Source: Candidatus Omnitrophota bacterium (GTDB taxonomy: Bacteria; Omnitrophota; Gorgyraeia; JAHIPI01). From it: DNA of 64,000 nt. The number at the start of each line of letters is the position of its first letter. The first letter of the stretch is position 1. The notes below the pieces were generated by a model. The model was not told the DNA's origin. It was given only the letters and a program-made list of their open reading frames with translations, and did no database searches. The translations under genes and the position numbers were made by a program. The stretch spans positions 259-64,258 of the forward strand of contig JADHVZ010000007.1 of the NCBI GenBank assembly GCA_016783745.1, given 5' to 3'. Below are positions 37,054 to 46,654 of the stretch, one piece after another.

Positions 37054-37436
37054 CCCTTTGGCGTCTTCTTCTGGATATAATCAAGGTATTTATCTAACTC
37101 TTCCCTGTTTTCAAAAATATTCTCTTTGGGCAATGCCTTTACGATATCTATTACTTTCTTCACTTGCGGCTGCAGGCTCGCTATGACCAGCGACCCGTTC
37201 TTTTCTTCGATGAATTTCTTTATCTGAAATATAACGGCTAATCCGGCGCTGCTTACGTAGTTTACCTTTTCCATATCGAGGATGATAAGCTTTGTAGTGG
37301 GCACCAGAATAGGCTTGATTTTTTCATCCAGGACGCTATATGTATCCGAATCCACGCGGCCCCTCAACCGGACTAAAAAACCGCCTTCTACTTTTTTTTC
37401 TATATTAATACCGATATCCGCTTTATCCTCAAACAT
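37050..37436 (-). CDS. STAS-domain anti-sigma-factor antagonist
   Basis: ILDMEKVNYVSSAGL motif. Confidence 0.88.
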   Translation of the reverse strand: MFEDKADIGINIEKKVEGGFLVRLRGRVDSDTYSVLDEKIKPILVPTTKLIILDMEKVNYVSSAGLAVIFQIKKFIEEKNGSLVIASLQPQVKKVIDIVKALPKENIFENREELDKYLDYIQKKTPKG

Positions 37437-37504
37437 ATAACCCCCCTTATGTTACGGTATAGAGCATTGTATCACATCTAAGTACCGCGTCAATGCCAAA
37501 CACA

Positions 37505-37861
37505 TCAAAACAGATGCGCGAACTGTTCGATGGCCTCTCTTCTGCTATTAAATATATCAAATATCTTATCCAGATTCGTGGCCGCGAGCACCGCCTTCAC
37601 GCTATGCGTCACGCTGCACAAGACCAGGTTACCGCCGATCTCCTGCGCTCTTTTGAGCATATACACCAGCGAAGCAAGGACTATTGAGGATACGAACGTG
37701 ATACCGGTCAGATCCAATATTATATTTTTGATGCCTCCGTCAATCAGCGCGCTGAAAGCCCTCTTTAATTCCTCATTTTGCAGCATGGTTATGTTCTCAA
37801 GCAGCAAAGTAAATATGGCGAGCTGTCCTATTTTTTCAACCTCGTAGGTCTGTCCGCCCAT
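37505..37861 (-). CDS. STAS-domain anti-sigma-factor antagonist
   Basis: ILDLTGITFVSSIVL motif. Confidence 0.85.
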   Translation of the reverse strand: MGGQTYEVEKIGQLAIFTLLLENITMLQNEELKRAFSALIDGGIKNIILDLTGITFVSSIVLASLVYMLKRAQEIGGNLVLCSVTHSVKAVLAATNLDKIFDIFNSRREAIEQFAHLF

Positions 37862-37916
37862 CTATACCCCCTCCGTATAGTTCCATTAGAGATTATACCC
37901 GAAATACCGCCTGCTG

Positions 37917-39233
37917 TCAAACTCGAAGGAGTGGGATCTTAAGGCGTTTGCGGGGTGTTTCCCCCTTAAGCAGTTCCTGCTTCCGCCAGGCCACATTGTT
38001 TCTGGGGTGGCCATTCCCGGCTGTCTTCAGCGTGTCTGAGGCGGCCACATGGAGCGTATGCTTGCCGTATTTTATGTTTATCGTATCCGTGACTTTCGAG
38101 AGCCTGGCTATTTTTTCTATCCTTACGGGGTCGTCAAAGAGCGTCCTCGAATCAACGCCCTCCGGCACAATATCGGACAGTACAACGCCCGTCGCTCTAT
38201 ACATGATATTCTCATTAAAGGCTATATTGAAAAGTTTACCGCATATACCCATAAAATCAAGCGTGGAAGACGAATGCCTGTTAAGTTTTGCCTCAAGGCC
38301 ACATGTTTTAAAGTCTGAGGCCTTAAGATAGATAAGAAGCTTGGCGGCGCTCAAACTGTGCCTTCTAAGTTTTATACAAGCGGACTCAAGGTTTCTTGTC
38401 AACCTGGCCTTCACATGATCCTCCTCCCGCGAAGCAGGCATGAACGTCCTGGTCTTGCTTATTGAAAGATATTTTTTCTTCTCTTCCCGGCATAGCTTAT
38501 AAACACTTTCTCCGCGTAATTCGCGCCATAGCTCGATGCCGACTTTGCCAAGCAGCCTTTTCGCGAAATCCTCCGGCCTGTTCACGTAATCAAACACATT
38601 TTTAATGCCGTGTTTTCTTAAAAGCTCGACGGTGTTTGGACCAAAGCCGCATACCGTATCAAGATGAGAACACTTAAGGAACTTGTGCAGTCTGTAGCCC
38701 GGGACCGCTGTAAATCCATCGGGCTTATCATGCCGCGAACATATCTTGGCGAGTGTCTTGGACAGGCTTAAGCCCACGGAGACTGTCAGGCCCAGCTCCT
38801 TTTGTATCCGCTCCTTCATCCTGCCGGCGATCTCCGGATAGGAAGCCCTGTATACCCGTCTCAGGCCTGTTATGTCACAGAATGCCTCATCAATGGAAAA
38901 TTCCTCGACTGACGGCGTAAAGCGTTTTATGATATCGAACATCCTCTCGGAATATAAGCTGTAGGTCTCATAATCGCTTGGGAGGATCAGCAGGGCCGGA
39001 CAGAGCCTTTTCGCTTCAGAGAGCCGGATGCCGCGCTTGACACCGAAGGCCTTCGCCTCATAACTGGCGCAGGATATTATGCCCCTCTCCTTTCCTGTGA
39101 CTATGGGTTTTCCTTTGAGGCGCGGGTCTCCTGCCTGCTCACAGGAAGCGAAGAAGGCATCACAGTCAATATGTAATATAGCCCGCGGATAAGACGAAAG
39201 GGTTATAAAATATTTATCTGTATTTTCTGACAT
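37917..39233 (-). CDS. Y-family DNA polymerase (DinB/UmuC-like)
   Basis: HIDCDAFFASCE, SYEAK and FSIDEAF motifs. Confidence 0.93.
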   Translation of the reverse strand: MSENTDKYFITLSSYPRAILHIDCDAFFASCEQAGDPRLKGKPIVTGKERGIISCASYEAKAFGVKRGIRLSEAKRLCPALLILPSDYETYSLYSERMFDIIKRFTPSVEEFSIDEAFCDITGLRRVYRASYPEIAGRMKERIQKELGLTVSVGLSLSKTLAKICSRHDKPDGFTAVPGYRLHKFLKCSHLDTVCGFGPNTVELLRKHGIKNVFDYVNRPEDFAKRLLGKVGIELWRELRGESVYKLCREEKKKYLSISKTRTFMPASREEDHVKARLTRNLESACIKLRRHSLSAAKLLIYLKASDFKTCGLEAKLNRHSSSTLDFMGICGKLFNIAFNENIMYRATGVVLSDIVPEGVDSRTLFDDPVRIEKIARLSKVTDTINIKYGKHTLHVAASDTLKTAGNGHPRNNVAWRKQELLKGETPRKRLKIPLLRV

Positions 39234-39798
39234 TAGCTATGACGACACCGGCTATGATCAATTCCTGTTTGGGCATTATGGTAGGGTATTTCCGGTTGGC
39301 TGACTTTAAGACGGCGATCTTTCCCCTTTTCTCAAAATACTTGAGCGTCCATTCACCGTCTACCTGCGCCACTACGATATCCCCTGTCTTCGGGGCGATA
39401 TTTCTCTGGGTGAGAATAAGGTCTCCGGGATGGATCCCCGCGTCTATCATGGAATCACCGTCTACCTTTAATATATAGGTAGCCTGCGGATTAGATATGA
39501 GATACTCATCCAGGCTCATCGTATCCACAAGTTCCTCTTCAGCCGGGCTGGGAAAGCCTGCCGCGATGACCCCCAGGACCCTTGTAGGCTTAAGCAGCCT
39601 TCCCGGCACTATCCTGCCTTTAGAGTCCTTATCGAGAAAACCTTCCCTGACCAGGGAAAGTACTCTTTTGAAGACGGCATTCTTGGACCTGAGGCGGAAT
39701 AATTTCAGCATCTCCGAATACGACGGCATCCTCTTATGGTCGGAATAGAATAAATTTATCTCTTTAGCCTGCCTGATAAGATCCTTCCTGTCTCTCAT
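39214..39798 (-). CDS. lexA: LexA-family repressor (wHTH plus S24 peptidase)
   Basis: MPSYSEM HTH; AAGFP cleavage site; GDSM catalytic Ser; WTLK catalytic Lys. Confidence 0.85.
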   Translation of the reverse strand: MRDRKDLIRQAKEINLFYSDHKRMPSYSEMLKLFRLRSKNAVFKRVLSLVREGFLDKDSKGRIVPGRLLKPTRVLGVIAAGFPSPAEEELVDTMSLDEYLISNPQATYILKVDGDSMIDAGIHPGDLILTQRNIAPKTGDIVVAQVDGEWTLKYFEKRGKIAVLKSANRKYPTIMPKQELIIAGVVIANVRKYR

Positions 39799-39805
39799 GG
39801 TATAT

Positions 39806-39834
39806 AGTATAGTGAACAATCGTTCACTTGTCAA
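39806..39834 (-). promoter_or_regulatory. lexA promoter with SOS box in the spacer
   Basis: TTGACA-17 bp-TATACT; palindrome AGTGAAC-AATC-GTTCACT at 39811-39828. Confidence 0.8.
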
Positions 39835-39960
39835 TAGAAAAAGGGGACAGACACTTTTATAGCGTTGTAAAGGGGACAGACACTTTTTTGAGGCTACATA
39901 CAGAGCTTCAAAAAAGTGTCTGTCCCCATAATCGTAAAAGTGTCTGTCCCCTTTTTCTAT
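39834..39960. repeat. Nested REP-like inverted repeats (GGGGACAGACACTTTT, 2 direct plus 2 inverted)
   Basis: Outer 26-bp perfect inverted repeat enclosing an inner pair. Confidence 0.9.
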
Positions 39961-41771
39961 TATTTTCTCTTAAAGAGGGCGATGCCGTACTGTTCCGTGG
40001 TAAAGGGGAAGGGGCCGAACTGCTTGTGCAGCCTGTAGTTTTTCACTATATATTTGAATATATCCTGCGCGTAGTCTTTGCCGAAAACGGCGTACCCGTA
40101 TTTATCCGTTCTTCTTTGCGTCAGGACTATATAGTCCACTTTCTTCTCATCCATCTCCCGGATGACATCGTCGGCAACACCCTGCTTGGCCAGGTCTATC
40201 GGATGATAACTGTAATAATAAAGCGGGTTCTCCCTGTCCAATAGGAAATTGACCACCACCCCTTCGGGAAAAACCACTAATGTTTCGTCTTTGCCTGTAG
40301 AGGTTTCCAAATATTTCATCAACTCCGCCAGCCTCTGCTCCCTGCTTGTGCCGAAGACGTTCATGCTGCCCCTGCCGGAAGTAACCCTTAACGTACGGTT
40401 CTTATAGCAAAAGTTCGAGATCTTACAATGACTCGCTATAAACAGGATGAATATAAACAAAAGACCGGCCCTGAAATATCCTCTGGCCAGATCCGACTTT
40501 AAGGGCGCGGCCGCGATCTTGAGGAAGAATACATAGTAAACGATTATGGCGGGCGTCAGGATATAGAAACCATAATGGCCCGCCCAGACATGCAAGAGCA
40601 TCCTTGTCATCAGGAAAAATGAGAAAAATGATATCGTCAGCATAAAGATGTTTTCAGTCCTGTTCTTTTGCCTGAGGGCGCCTATCGCGGAAATGATCAT
40701 CACCGCCAGGCATATCACGGGTAGCGACCTGTACTGCAGATCATAGGAAACGAAAAACACTCTGTAAAGAAAAAACGCCGCCGCAATAACGGCTAAGCCG
40801 ATGGCGGAGGATAGCGCTATCCTCGAGGCGGTTTTTTTCCGGCATAAAAGGCTTATGATGACCCCGCCCGCGGCGAAAAGCAGGCATAACGCCGAATAAT
40901 GCAGGATATTCTTAAGTATGATCAATATGTTCCCGGGCATATCATCCAGGCCGGAAAGCCAGCCCGCGAAGGCGGTCCTGACATCGGAACTTTTTACCCA
41001 TATATCGAACAGGTTGCTATTCTGCACCGCGCTGCTTCCCAGAAATGCGGCATAGACAAAAAAAGCGATGATCAACGGTATTATAACGCAAAGCGCCAGC
41101 CTGTTGCCCGATAGCCGCGCCGGATCACCGCCGCGGCGGAACGATATCGTATAAAAAATAACGCCCGCAAGCATGGACAGGACAAGCATTATCCCCACAT
41201 CCACCCTTGACAGGAGCGTAAGCAGGATGAACGACGAACTTAAATAGGCGTATTTGCTCGATCTTTTTTTCATCAGGATGTAGAAGAAATAAAGCGCCGC
41301 AAGAGAGAAAGCTATGGCATGGATCGATGAATAACTATAAGGCAGGAAGAAATTATAGTTACCCAGATACGTATAATGGCCGAACCCGAATACGATCAAA
41401 AAAGTAAAGACCGTGAATGTGGAAAATAATATACTGAGAAAGCGCCGCGATATCTTGTATATCAGCACGCTGACCGCGCAAAGGGTAATAAACCCGCTTA
41501 AGTAAAGGATATAAAGGTTTGCGCTGAAGATCTTAAATAGAGTCGCGTTAAAATACGGCGAAAAAGGCCCGTATATGTAAAAAACGTCCCTGTATAATAG
41601 CTTTCCGAGGCCGAGCTGCAATGGCACATACATCTCTCGGCCCACATCTACTATCAGATCACCCCACTTCAGCCATGTGAACTTCAGTAAAAAAAGCAGG
41701 CATACCGAGCTCAATAAAACAGAGATCCAGCCACTTTTCCAGTATTTTTTTAAAAGCAGTTTATATCTCAT
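39960..41771 (-). CDS. GT-C fold membrane glycosyltransferase-like protein
   Basis: WGDLIVDVGRE and LYRDVFYIYGP motifs; many TM segments. Confidence 0.7.
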   Translation of the reverse strand: MRYKLLLKKYWKSGWISVLLSSVCLLFLLKFTWLKWGDLIVDVGREMYVPLQLGLGKLLYRDVFYIYGPFSPYFNATLFKIFSANLYILYLSGFITLCAVSVLIYKISRRFLSILFSTFTVFTFLIVFGFGHYTYLGNYNFFLPYSYSSIHAIAFSLAALYFFYILMKKRSSKYAYLSSSFILLTLLSRVDVGIMLVLSMLAGVIFYTISFRRGGDPARLSGNRLALCVIIPLIIAFFVYAAFLGSSAVQNSNLFDIWVKSSDVRTAFAGWLSGLDDMPGNILIILKNILHYSALCLLFAAGGVIISLLCRKKTASRIALSSAIGLAVIAAAFFLYRVFFVSYDLQYRSLPVICLAVMIISAIGALRQKNRTENIFMLTISFFSFFLMTRMLLHVWAGHYGFYILTPAIIVYYVFFLKIAAAPLKSDLARGYFRAGLLFIFILFIASHCKISNFCYKNRTLRVTSGRGSMNVFGTSREQRLAELMKYLETSTGKDETLVVFPEGVVVNFLLDRENPLYYYSYHPIDLAKQGVADDVIREMDEKKVDYIVLTQRRTDKYGYAVFGKDYAQDIFKYIVKNYRLHKQFGPFPFTTEQYGIALFKRK

Positions 41772-41853
41772 TTGCCTTTTTATATTTTAACATCGGAAGG
41801 CCTGTTTTAAAAGAACTATTTGTCTTTACTCGGGATTACCTCCGGTTTATAAT

Positions 41854-43053
41854 ATGATCAGTATGAATAAGCTATATAATGTAAAATACACCGGAAATGC
41901 GGCCGCAAACCTTCTATCTGTGCCTCTGCAGGTCCATCGCCGCGCCACAAAACGCTTTCGCCGTATCCCGCGCGCCCATCCCGTAAAGAAAATACTTGCC
42001 ATGAAGATGTGGGGTATAGGCAATCTCACTATCCTTCTGCCGATACTAAAAAGGATAAGAGAACAATATGCTGAAGCGGACATATATTTTCTGACTCTTG
42101 ACTCCAATAAGGGCCTGCTGGAAAGTTCATTGCCCGGAGTAAAAATTTTATATGTCAAGCTGACTACAAACGTGTTTAGAATAGCTATGGATTTTTTTAA
42201 ATACATAGTGATATTCAGCAGATTAAAGTTGGACCTATTGCTGAATTTTGAACAATGTAACAGGCTTTCTATTATATTCAGTTATATGATGGGCGCTAAG
42301 AGGCGTGTCGGATTCGAGATCGCGAAATGCGGATATAACTCTCTTTACACCGATACGGTTAAAAACGATCCCGGACTGCATGTCTCCCGTAACTTCACAA
42401 GGCTTGCCCGTCGGGCTGGTATCGATATCAATGGATACCGGTATATGGCCCCCGAACCGGAACAACATTCCAGAGAAAACGCCAAAAATATCTTGAGGCG
42501 GTTCGGCCTCGAAGATAAAACTATAGTCGCATTACATGCGGGTTCCGGAGAAAACTTCACGGGCAAACGGTGGAAAAATTCTAATTTTGCCTGTCTGGCC
42601 GATGGCCTCATTGAAAGATACGGCGTAACCATAGTATACACGGGCACGGAAAAAGAGGATGAATTGATCGAAAATACTCGGGCGAAAATGAAATATAAGG
42701 CGCATAATCTCTGCGGTTATTTCACCCTGCAGGAGCTTACCGTGTTTTTACAGCGATGTCATCTTTTTATTTCCAATGACACCGGCCCATTGCACATCGC
42801 GATATCACTCGGGATCAACACTGTGGGATTATACGGCCCTATGGATCCGGGCCAGTACGGATCATTAAATGACCGTAGCCTGTCTTTCTATAAGCCCATG
42901 GAATGCAGCCCCTGCCTCACTGACCTAAACAATAAAACAAGCTTATGCGAGAGATCGGAATGTCTGGACAATATAACATATGAAGAGGTCATGGAAAAGG
43001 TATCGGACAAATTTTTCAAGCATGAGGAGGCCGCGGTTGTCAGTTCTGCCTAA
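41854..43053 (+). CDS. GT9 family (heptosyltransferase-like) glycosyltransferase
   Basis: GIGN, KRW and FISNDTGPLHIA motifs; C-terminal CSPC. Confidence 0.88.
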   Translation: MISMNKLYNVKYTGNAAANLLSVPLQVHRRATKRFRRIPRAHPVKKILAMKMWGIGNLTILLPILKRIREQYAEADIYFLTLDSNKGLLESSLPGVKILYVKLTTNVFRIAMDFFKYIVIFSRLKLDLLLNFEQCNRLSIIFSYMMGAKRRVGFEIAKCGYNSLYTDTVKNDPGLHVSRNFTRLARRAGIDINGYRYMAPEPEQHSRENAKNILRRFGLEDKTIVALHAGSGENFTGKRWKNSNFACLADGLIERYGVTIVYTGTEKEDELIENTRAKMKYKAHNLCGYFTLQELTVFLQRCHLFISNDTGPLHIAISLGINTVGLYGPMDPGQYGSLNDRSLSFYKPMECSPCLTDLNNKTSLCERSECLDNITYEEVMEKVSDKFFKHEEAAVVSSA

Positions 43054-44065
43054 AGCCCTTTTTTTAAACAGGATCATCCGCTCAAACTTCGGCAGGCCGA
43101 GCTTTCCCTACAAGCTTACCTTCGCCGTGACATATCGGTGCAATTTAAGATGTAAGACTTGCCTTATATGGTCCAAAGAACCGAAACAGGAGTTGAGCCT
43201 TGACGAGATAAGCGAATTTTTTAAAAGATCGAACGGTTTCTCATGGGTCGACCTGACCGGAGGCGAGATATTTTTAAGGGAAGACCTGCCGGAAATAATC
43301 GATATCATACTCTCGAATTGCCGGTCTCTCTGCATACTGCATTTTCCGACAAACGGACAGTTGACAGAAAAGGCATTGATGGCCGCTGAAAAAATACGGA
43401 ACGATAGCCGGGCGGCGCCGGTCGTGACTGTCAGCATAGACGGCCCTGAAGGTATACATAACCGCATAAGGGGATCTGAAAACGCGTGGAAAAAAGCCGT
43501 TGATACTTTTATTGAGCTTAAAAAATCGGGCCTCAGGCATGTATATATAGGGTACACGATATCTGAGTTCAATATCGGCAAGATCGATGAGACCTTTCTG
43601 GAAATCAAAAATTTATATCCTCTCTTAAACTATAACGACATTCACGCCAATCTCTTCCATACCTCACAGCATTACCTGAACAACTCATCAATAGATGCCC
43701 CGAAAAATGATCTGGTTCTTGAGGAGTACGGATATCTTCAAAAAAAGAGGCGGAATAAAAAATTAAAATACATTTTAGAAAAACGTTATTTCGCCATGGC
43801 GCCGCGTTATCTGGCGACAAAAAAAATGCCCGTAAAATGCCAGGCATTGGGCTCGAGTTTTTTCCTGGATCCGTACGGCGACATCTATCCGTGCAGTATT
43901 TTCGATAGAAAAATATCAAATATACGCGATATCGGTTATGACCTCAAAAAAATATGGAATAACGGTGAAAAGCTTGCGGATACAAGAAATGATATTCTTA
44001 ATAAAAACTGTGACGGCTGCTGGACGCCGTGCGAGGCCTATCCCTCCCTGTTAGGCTCACTCTAA
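43022..44065 (+). CDS. Radical SAM/SPASM protein
   Basis: CNLRCKTC, TGGE, GDIYPC and CDGCWTPC motifs. Confidence 0.88.
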   Translation: MRRPRLSVLPKALFLNRIIRSNFGRPSFPYKLTFAVTYRCNLRCKTCLIWSKEPKQELSLDEISEFFKRSNGFSWVDLTGGEIFLREDLPEIIDIILSNCRSLCILHFPTNGQLTEKALMAAEKIRNDSRAAPVVTVSIDGPEGIHNRIRGSENAWKKAVDTFIELKKSGLRHVYIGYTISEFNIGKIDETFLEIKNLYPLLNYNDIHANLFHTSQHYLNNSSIDAPKNDLVLEEYGYLQKKRRNKKLKYILEKRYFAMAPRYLATKKMPVKCQALGSSFFLDPYGDIYPCSIFDRKISNIRDIGYDLKKIWNNGEKLADTRNDILNKNCDGCWTPCEAYPSLLGSL

Positions 44066-44078
44066 AAATTCCCGGCTA

Positions 44079-44936
44079 TTATTCACCAAACGGAAGCTTG
44101 ATCTTTTCCTGTAACTCTTTAGCGGTATTTTCTATGGTCTTTTGAACGTCTGAGAGGACTTTTTCAGCTTCACGCTGAGCCTGTTCAGCGGCTTCATGCG
44201 TCCGCCTCGCGGCCGCTTGCACTTGAGCCGCGGCATCCTCGGCAACTTTCTGAGCCGATGAAAGCGTATCCGAAATAGATCCCTTTAGTCCGCCGAGATC
44301 GAAATCTGTCAGGCCCGCTATTGTGGTGTTCATAAGAGTCCTTACCACGATAAGTTTTATGAGGGCATACGGATCCGTTATATTTTCATATTTCTCATTT
44401 AAGTCGACCTTGAACTCCTTTACGCTCGGAGTAGAGCCTCTTGAATAATCCTTAAATACGACCTTACCTATCTTAAGCTCCAGGCTGTCTATTTGTATCT
44501 GGGGGGTCTTTCCTCCCTCACTTGCCGTTTTCTGCCGGGGCTCCTTGCCTTCTTTTTGAGCCTGCACCACCTTCAATGAGTCTAAATTGAGTTCACCTTT
44601 TTCATTTTTTACGACCGTAAACTCCTCCATATCTATCCTCATCTCCTCGAGATGCACCTTGCCCCTAAAAATAGGAGACAGGTTATAATCAACGTATATC
44701 TCAGGCATGCTGAACATTATCCTGTCCTTATATCCGCTCGGGTTATGAAGCCTGAGTCCTTTGATCCCTACAAGTGTGTTTATGATACCGACCTTAAAAC
44801 TTCTTATCTCAAGCGGAAGGCCTGTGACCACCTGCACACCTTTTTCCACGGATATCTTTACCAGCATATCCTTGGCAAATGACAATACAAGCAATATCAC
44901 CAGTATGCCTGCCAATATACTTATCGGCTTTTTCAT
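44079..44936 (-). CDS. AsmA-like membrane-anchored protein
   Basis: N-terminal TM helix, GLRLHNPSGY, GELNLD, coiled-coil tail. Confidence 0.6.
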   Translation of the reverse strand: MKKPISILAGILVILLVLSFAKDMLVKISVEKGVQVVTGLPLEIRSFKVGIINTLVGIKGLRLHNPSGYKDRIMFSMPEIYVDYNLSPIFRGKVHLEEMRIDMEEFTVVKNEKGELNLDSLKVVQAQKEGKEPRQKTASEGGKTPQIQIDSLELKIGKVVFKDYSRGSTPSVKEFKVDLNEKYENITDPYALIKLIVVRTLMNTTIAGLTDFDLGGLKGSISDTLSSAQKVAEDAAAQVQAAARRTHEAAEQAQREAEKVLSDVQKTIENTAKELQEKIKLPFGE

Positions 44937-44957
44937 TCCAAACCTCCTCTTAGAAAA

Positions 44958-46640
44958 TTATTTCTTTTTTTCGATCTTAGCCCAGGTATCACGCAGGCTT
45001 ACTATACGGTTAAAGACCGGTTTTCCGTCGGAAGGATCCGCGCTATCGACGCAAAAGTAGCCTTTTCGTTCAAATTGATACCTGGAACCCGGCTTCGCTT
45101 TTTTCAGGCCAGGCTCTATCCTGCAGGATCTTAACACCTCAAGCGAGTTTGGATTCAGATTAGATTTAAAATCACCGCCTTCACCCTCTTCAGGGTCCCG
45201 CTTAGTAAACAGCTCTTCATATAGCCGCACTTCAGCTTCAAGCGCGTGGCAGGCTGATACCCAGTGCAATGTTGCCTTTACCTTACGCCCGTCCGGGGAA
45301 TCTCCGCCTTTTGTGGCAGGATCATATGTGCAGTGGATCTCTTTGACCTCTCCGGTCTTTTCATCCTTTATAACGTCAACGCATTTGATGTAGTAGGCGT
45401 ATCTTAAACGTACTTCCCTCCCGGGGGACAAACGATAGAATTTTCTGTGCGGGTCTTCTTGAAAATCTTCCCGCTCGATATAAAGTTCCCGCGAGAATGG
45501 TACTTTTCTTGTACCCATACCATGATCTTCCGGATTATTGATAGCGTCAAGTCCTTCCTCTTTATCGAGCGGATAATTGGTGATGACCACCTTGAGCGGG
45601 CGTAAAACCGCCATAACGCGGGGAGCTGTCCTGTTCAATTCAGCGCGAATGGAATTTTCAAGCACATTGATGTCTATTATACTGTTAAACTTCGCTATGC
45701 CTATCTCGTCGCAAAAATTACGTATGGATCCCTGTGTATAGCCGCGCCTTCTAAGGCCCGATAAAGTCGGCATGCGCGGATCATCCCATCCGCTCACATG
45801 TTTGCCCTCCACCAGTTGTAAAAGCTTCCGCTTACTTAAAACGGTATAGCTTAGATTAAGCCGCGCGAATTCGATCTGTTGAGGCCGGTAGATATCAAGC
45901 CCCTTGAGTATCCAGTCATAAAGCGGGCGGTTGTTTTCAAATTCAAGCGTGCAAAGCGAATGCGTTATGCCCTCTACCGAATCGGATATACAATGCGCAA
46001 AATCATACATCGGATAAAGGCACCACTGATCGCCTTTTCTATAATGAGAGGCCTTTTTGATCCGGTACAGCGGCGGATCCCGCATGATCATGTGGGGAGA
46101 TCTCATGTCGATCTTCGCGCGGAGCGTCCGGGAGGCATCTTCAAATTCGCCTTTTTTCATGCGGCCGAAAAGGTCAAGATTTTCTTCAGCCGAACGGCCG
46201 CGGTACGGGCTATCCTTACCCGGTTCCGTCACTGTGCCGCGGTATTTGCTTACCTCCTCCGGGCTCAGGTCGCAGACATAAGCCTTCCCTTTATTAATAA
46301 GCTGTATAGCGCATTCGTAAAGCTTGTCAAAGTAGTCTGAGGCATAAAACTCTCTATCCCGCCAGTCAAACCCGAGCCATTTCATGTCACTTTTGATGGA
46401 TTCAACGTAACTGATCTCTTCTGTCTCCGGGTTAGTATCGTCAAACCGCAGGTTACATAACCCCTTATAATCAGCCGCCACTCCGAAATTAAGGCATATA
46501 GACTTGGCGTGGCCGATATGTAAAAAACCATTTGGCTCGGGTGGAAAACGGGTGTGGACCCTCCCCTCATATTTATCTGTTTTTAGATCTTTATCGATAA
46601 TATCCCGTATAAAATTAGCTCGCGCCTTTGAAGCCGTCAT
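44958..46640 (-). CDS. glnS: Glutamine--tRNA ligase
   Basis: [23 protein letters not shown] and YQFERKGYF motifs. Confidence 0.96.
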   Translation of the reverse strand: MTASKARANFIRDIIDKDLKTDKYEGRVHTRFPPEPNGFLHIGHAKSICLNFGVAADYKGLCNLRFDDTNPETEEISYVESIKSDMKWLGFDWRDREFYASDYFDKLYECAIQLINKGKAYVCDLSPEEVSKYRGTVTEPGKDSPYRGRSAEENLDLFGRMKKGEFEDASRTLRAKIDMRSPHMIMRDPPLYRIKKASHYRKGDQWCLYPMYDFAHCISDSVEGITHSLCTLEFENNRPLYDWILKGLDIYRPQQIEFARLNLSYTVLSKRKLLQLVEGKHVSGWDDPRMPTLSGLRRRGYTQGSIRNFCDEIGIAKFNSIIDINVLENSIRAELNRTAPRVMAVLRPLKVVITNYPLDKEEGLDAINNPEDHGMGTRKVPFSRELYIEREDFQEDPHRKFYRLSPGREVRLRYAYYIKCVDVIKDEKTGEVKEIHCTYDPATKGGDSPDGRKVKATLHWVSACHALEAEVRLYEELFTKRDPEEGEGGDFKSNLNPNSLEVLRSCRIEPGLKKAKPGSRYQFERKGYFCVDSADPSDGKPVFNRIVSLRDTWAKIEKKK

Positions 46641-46654
46641 CAGTTTACCTCATT

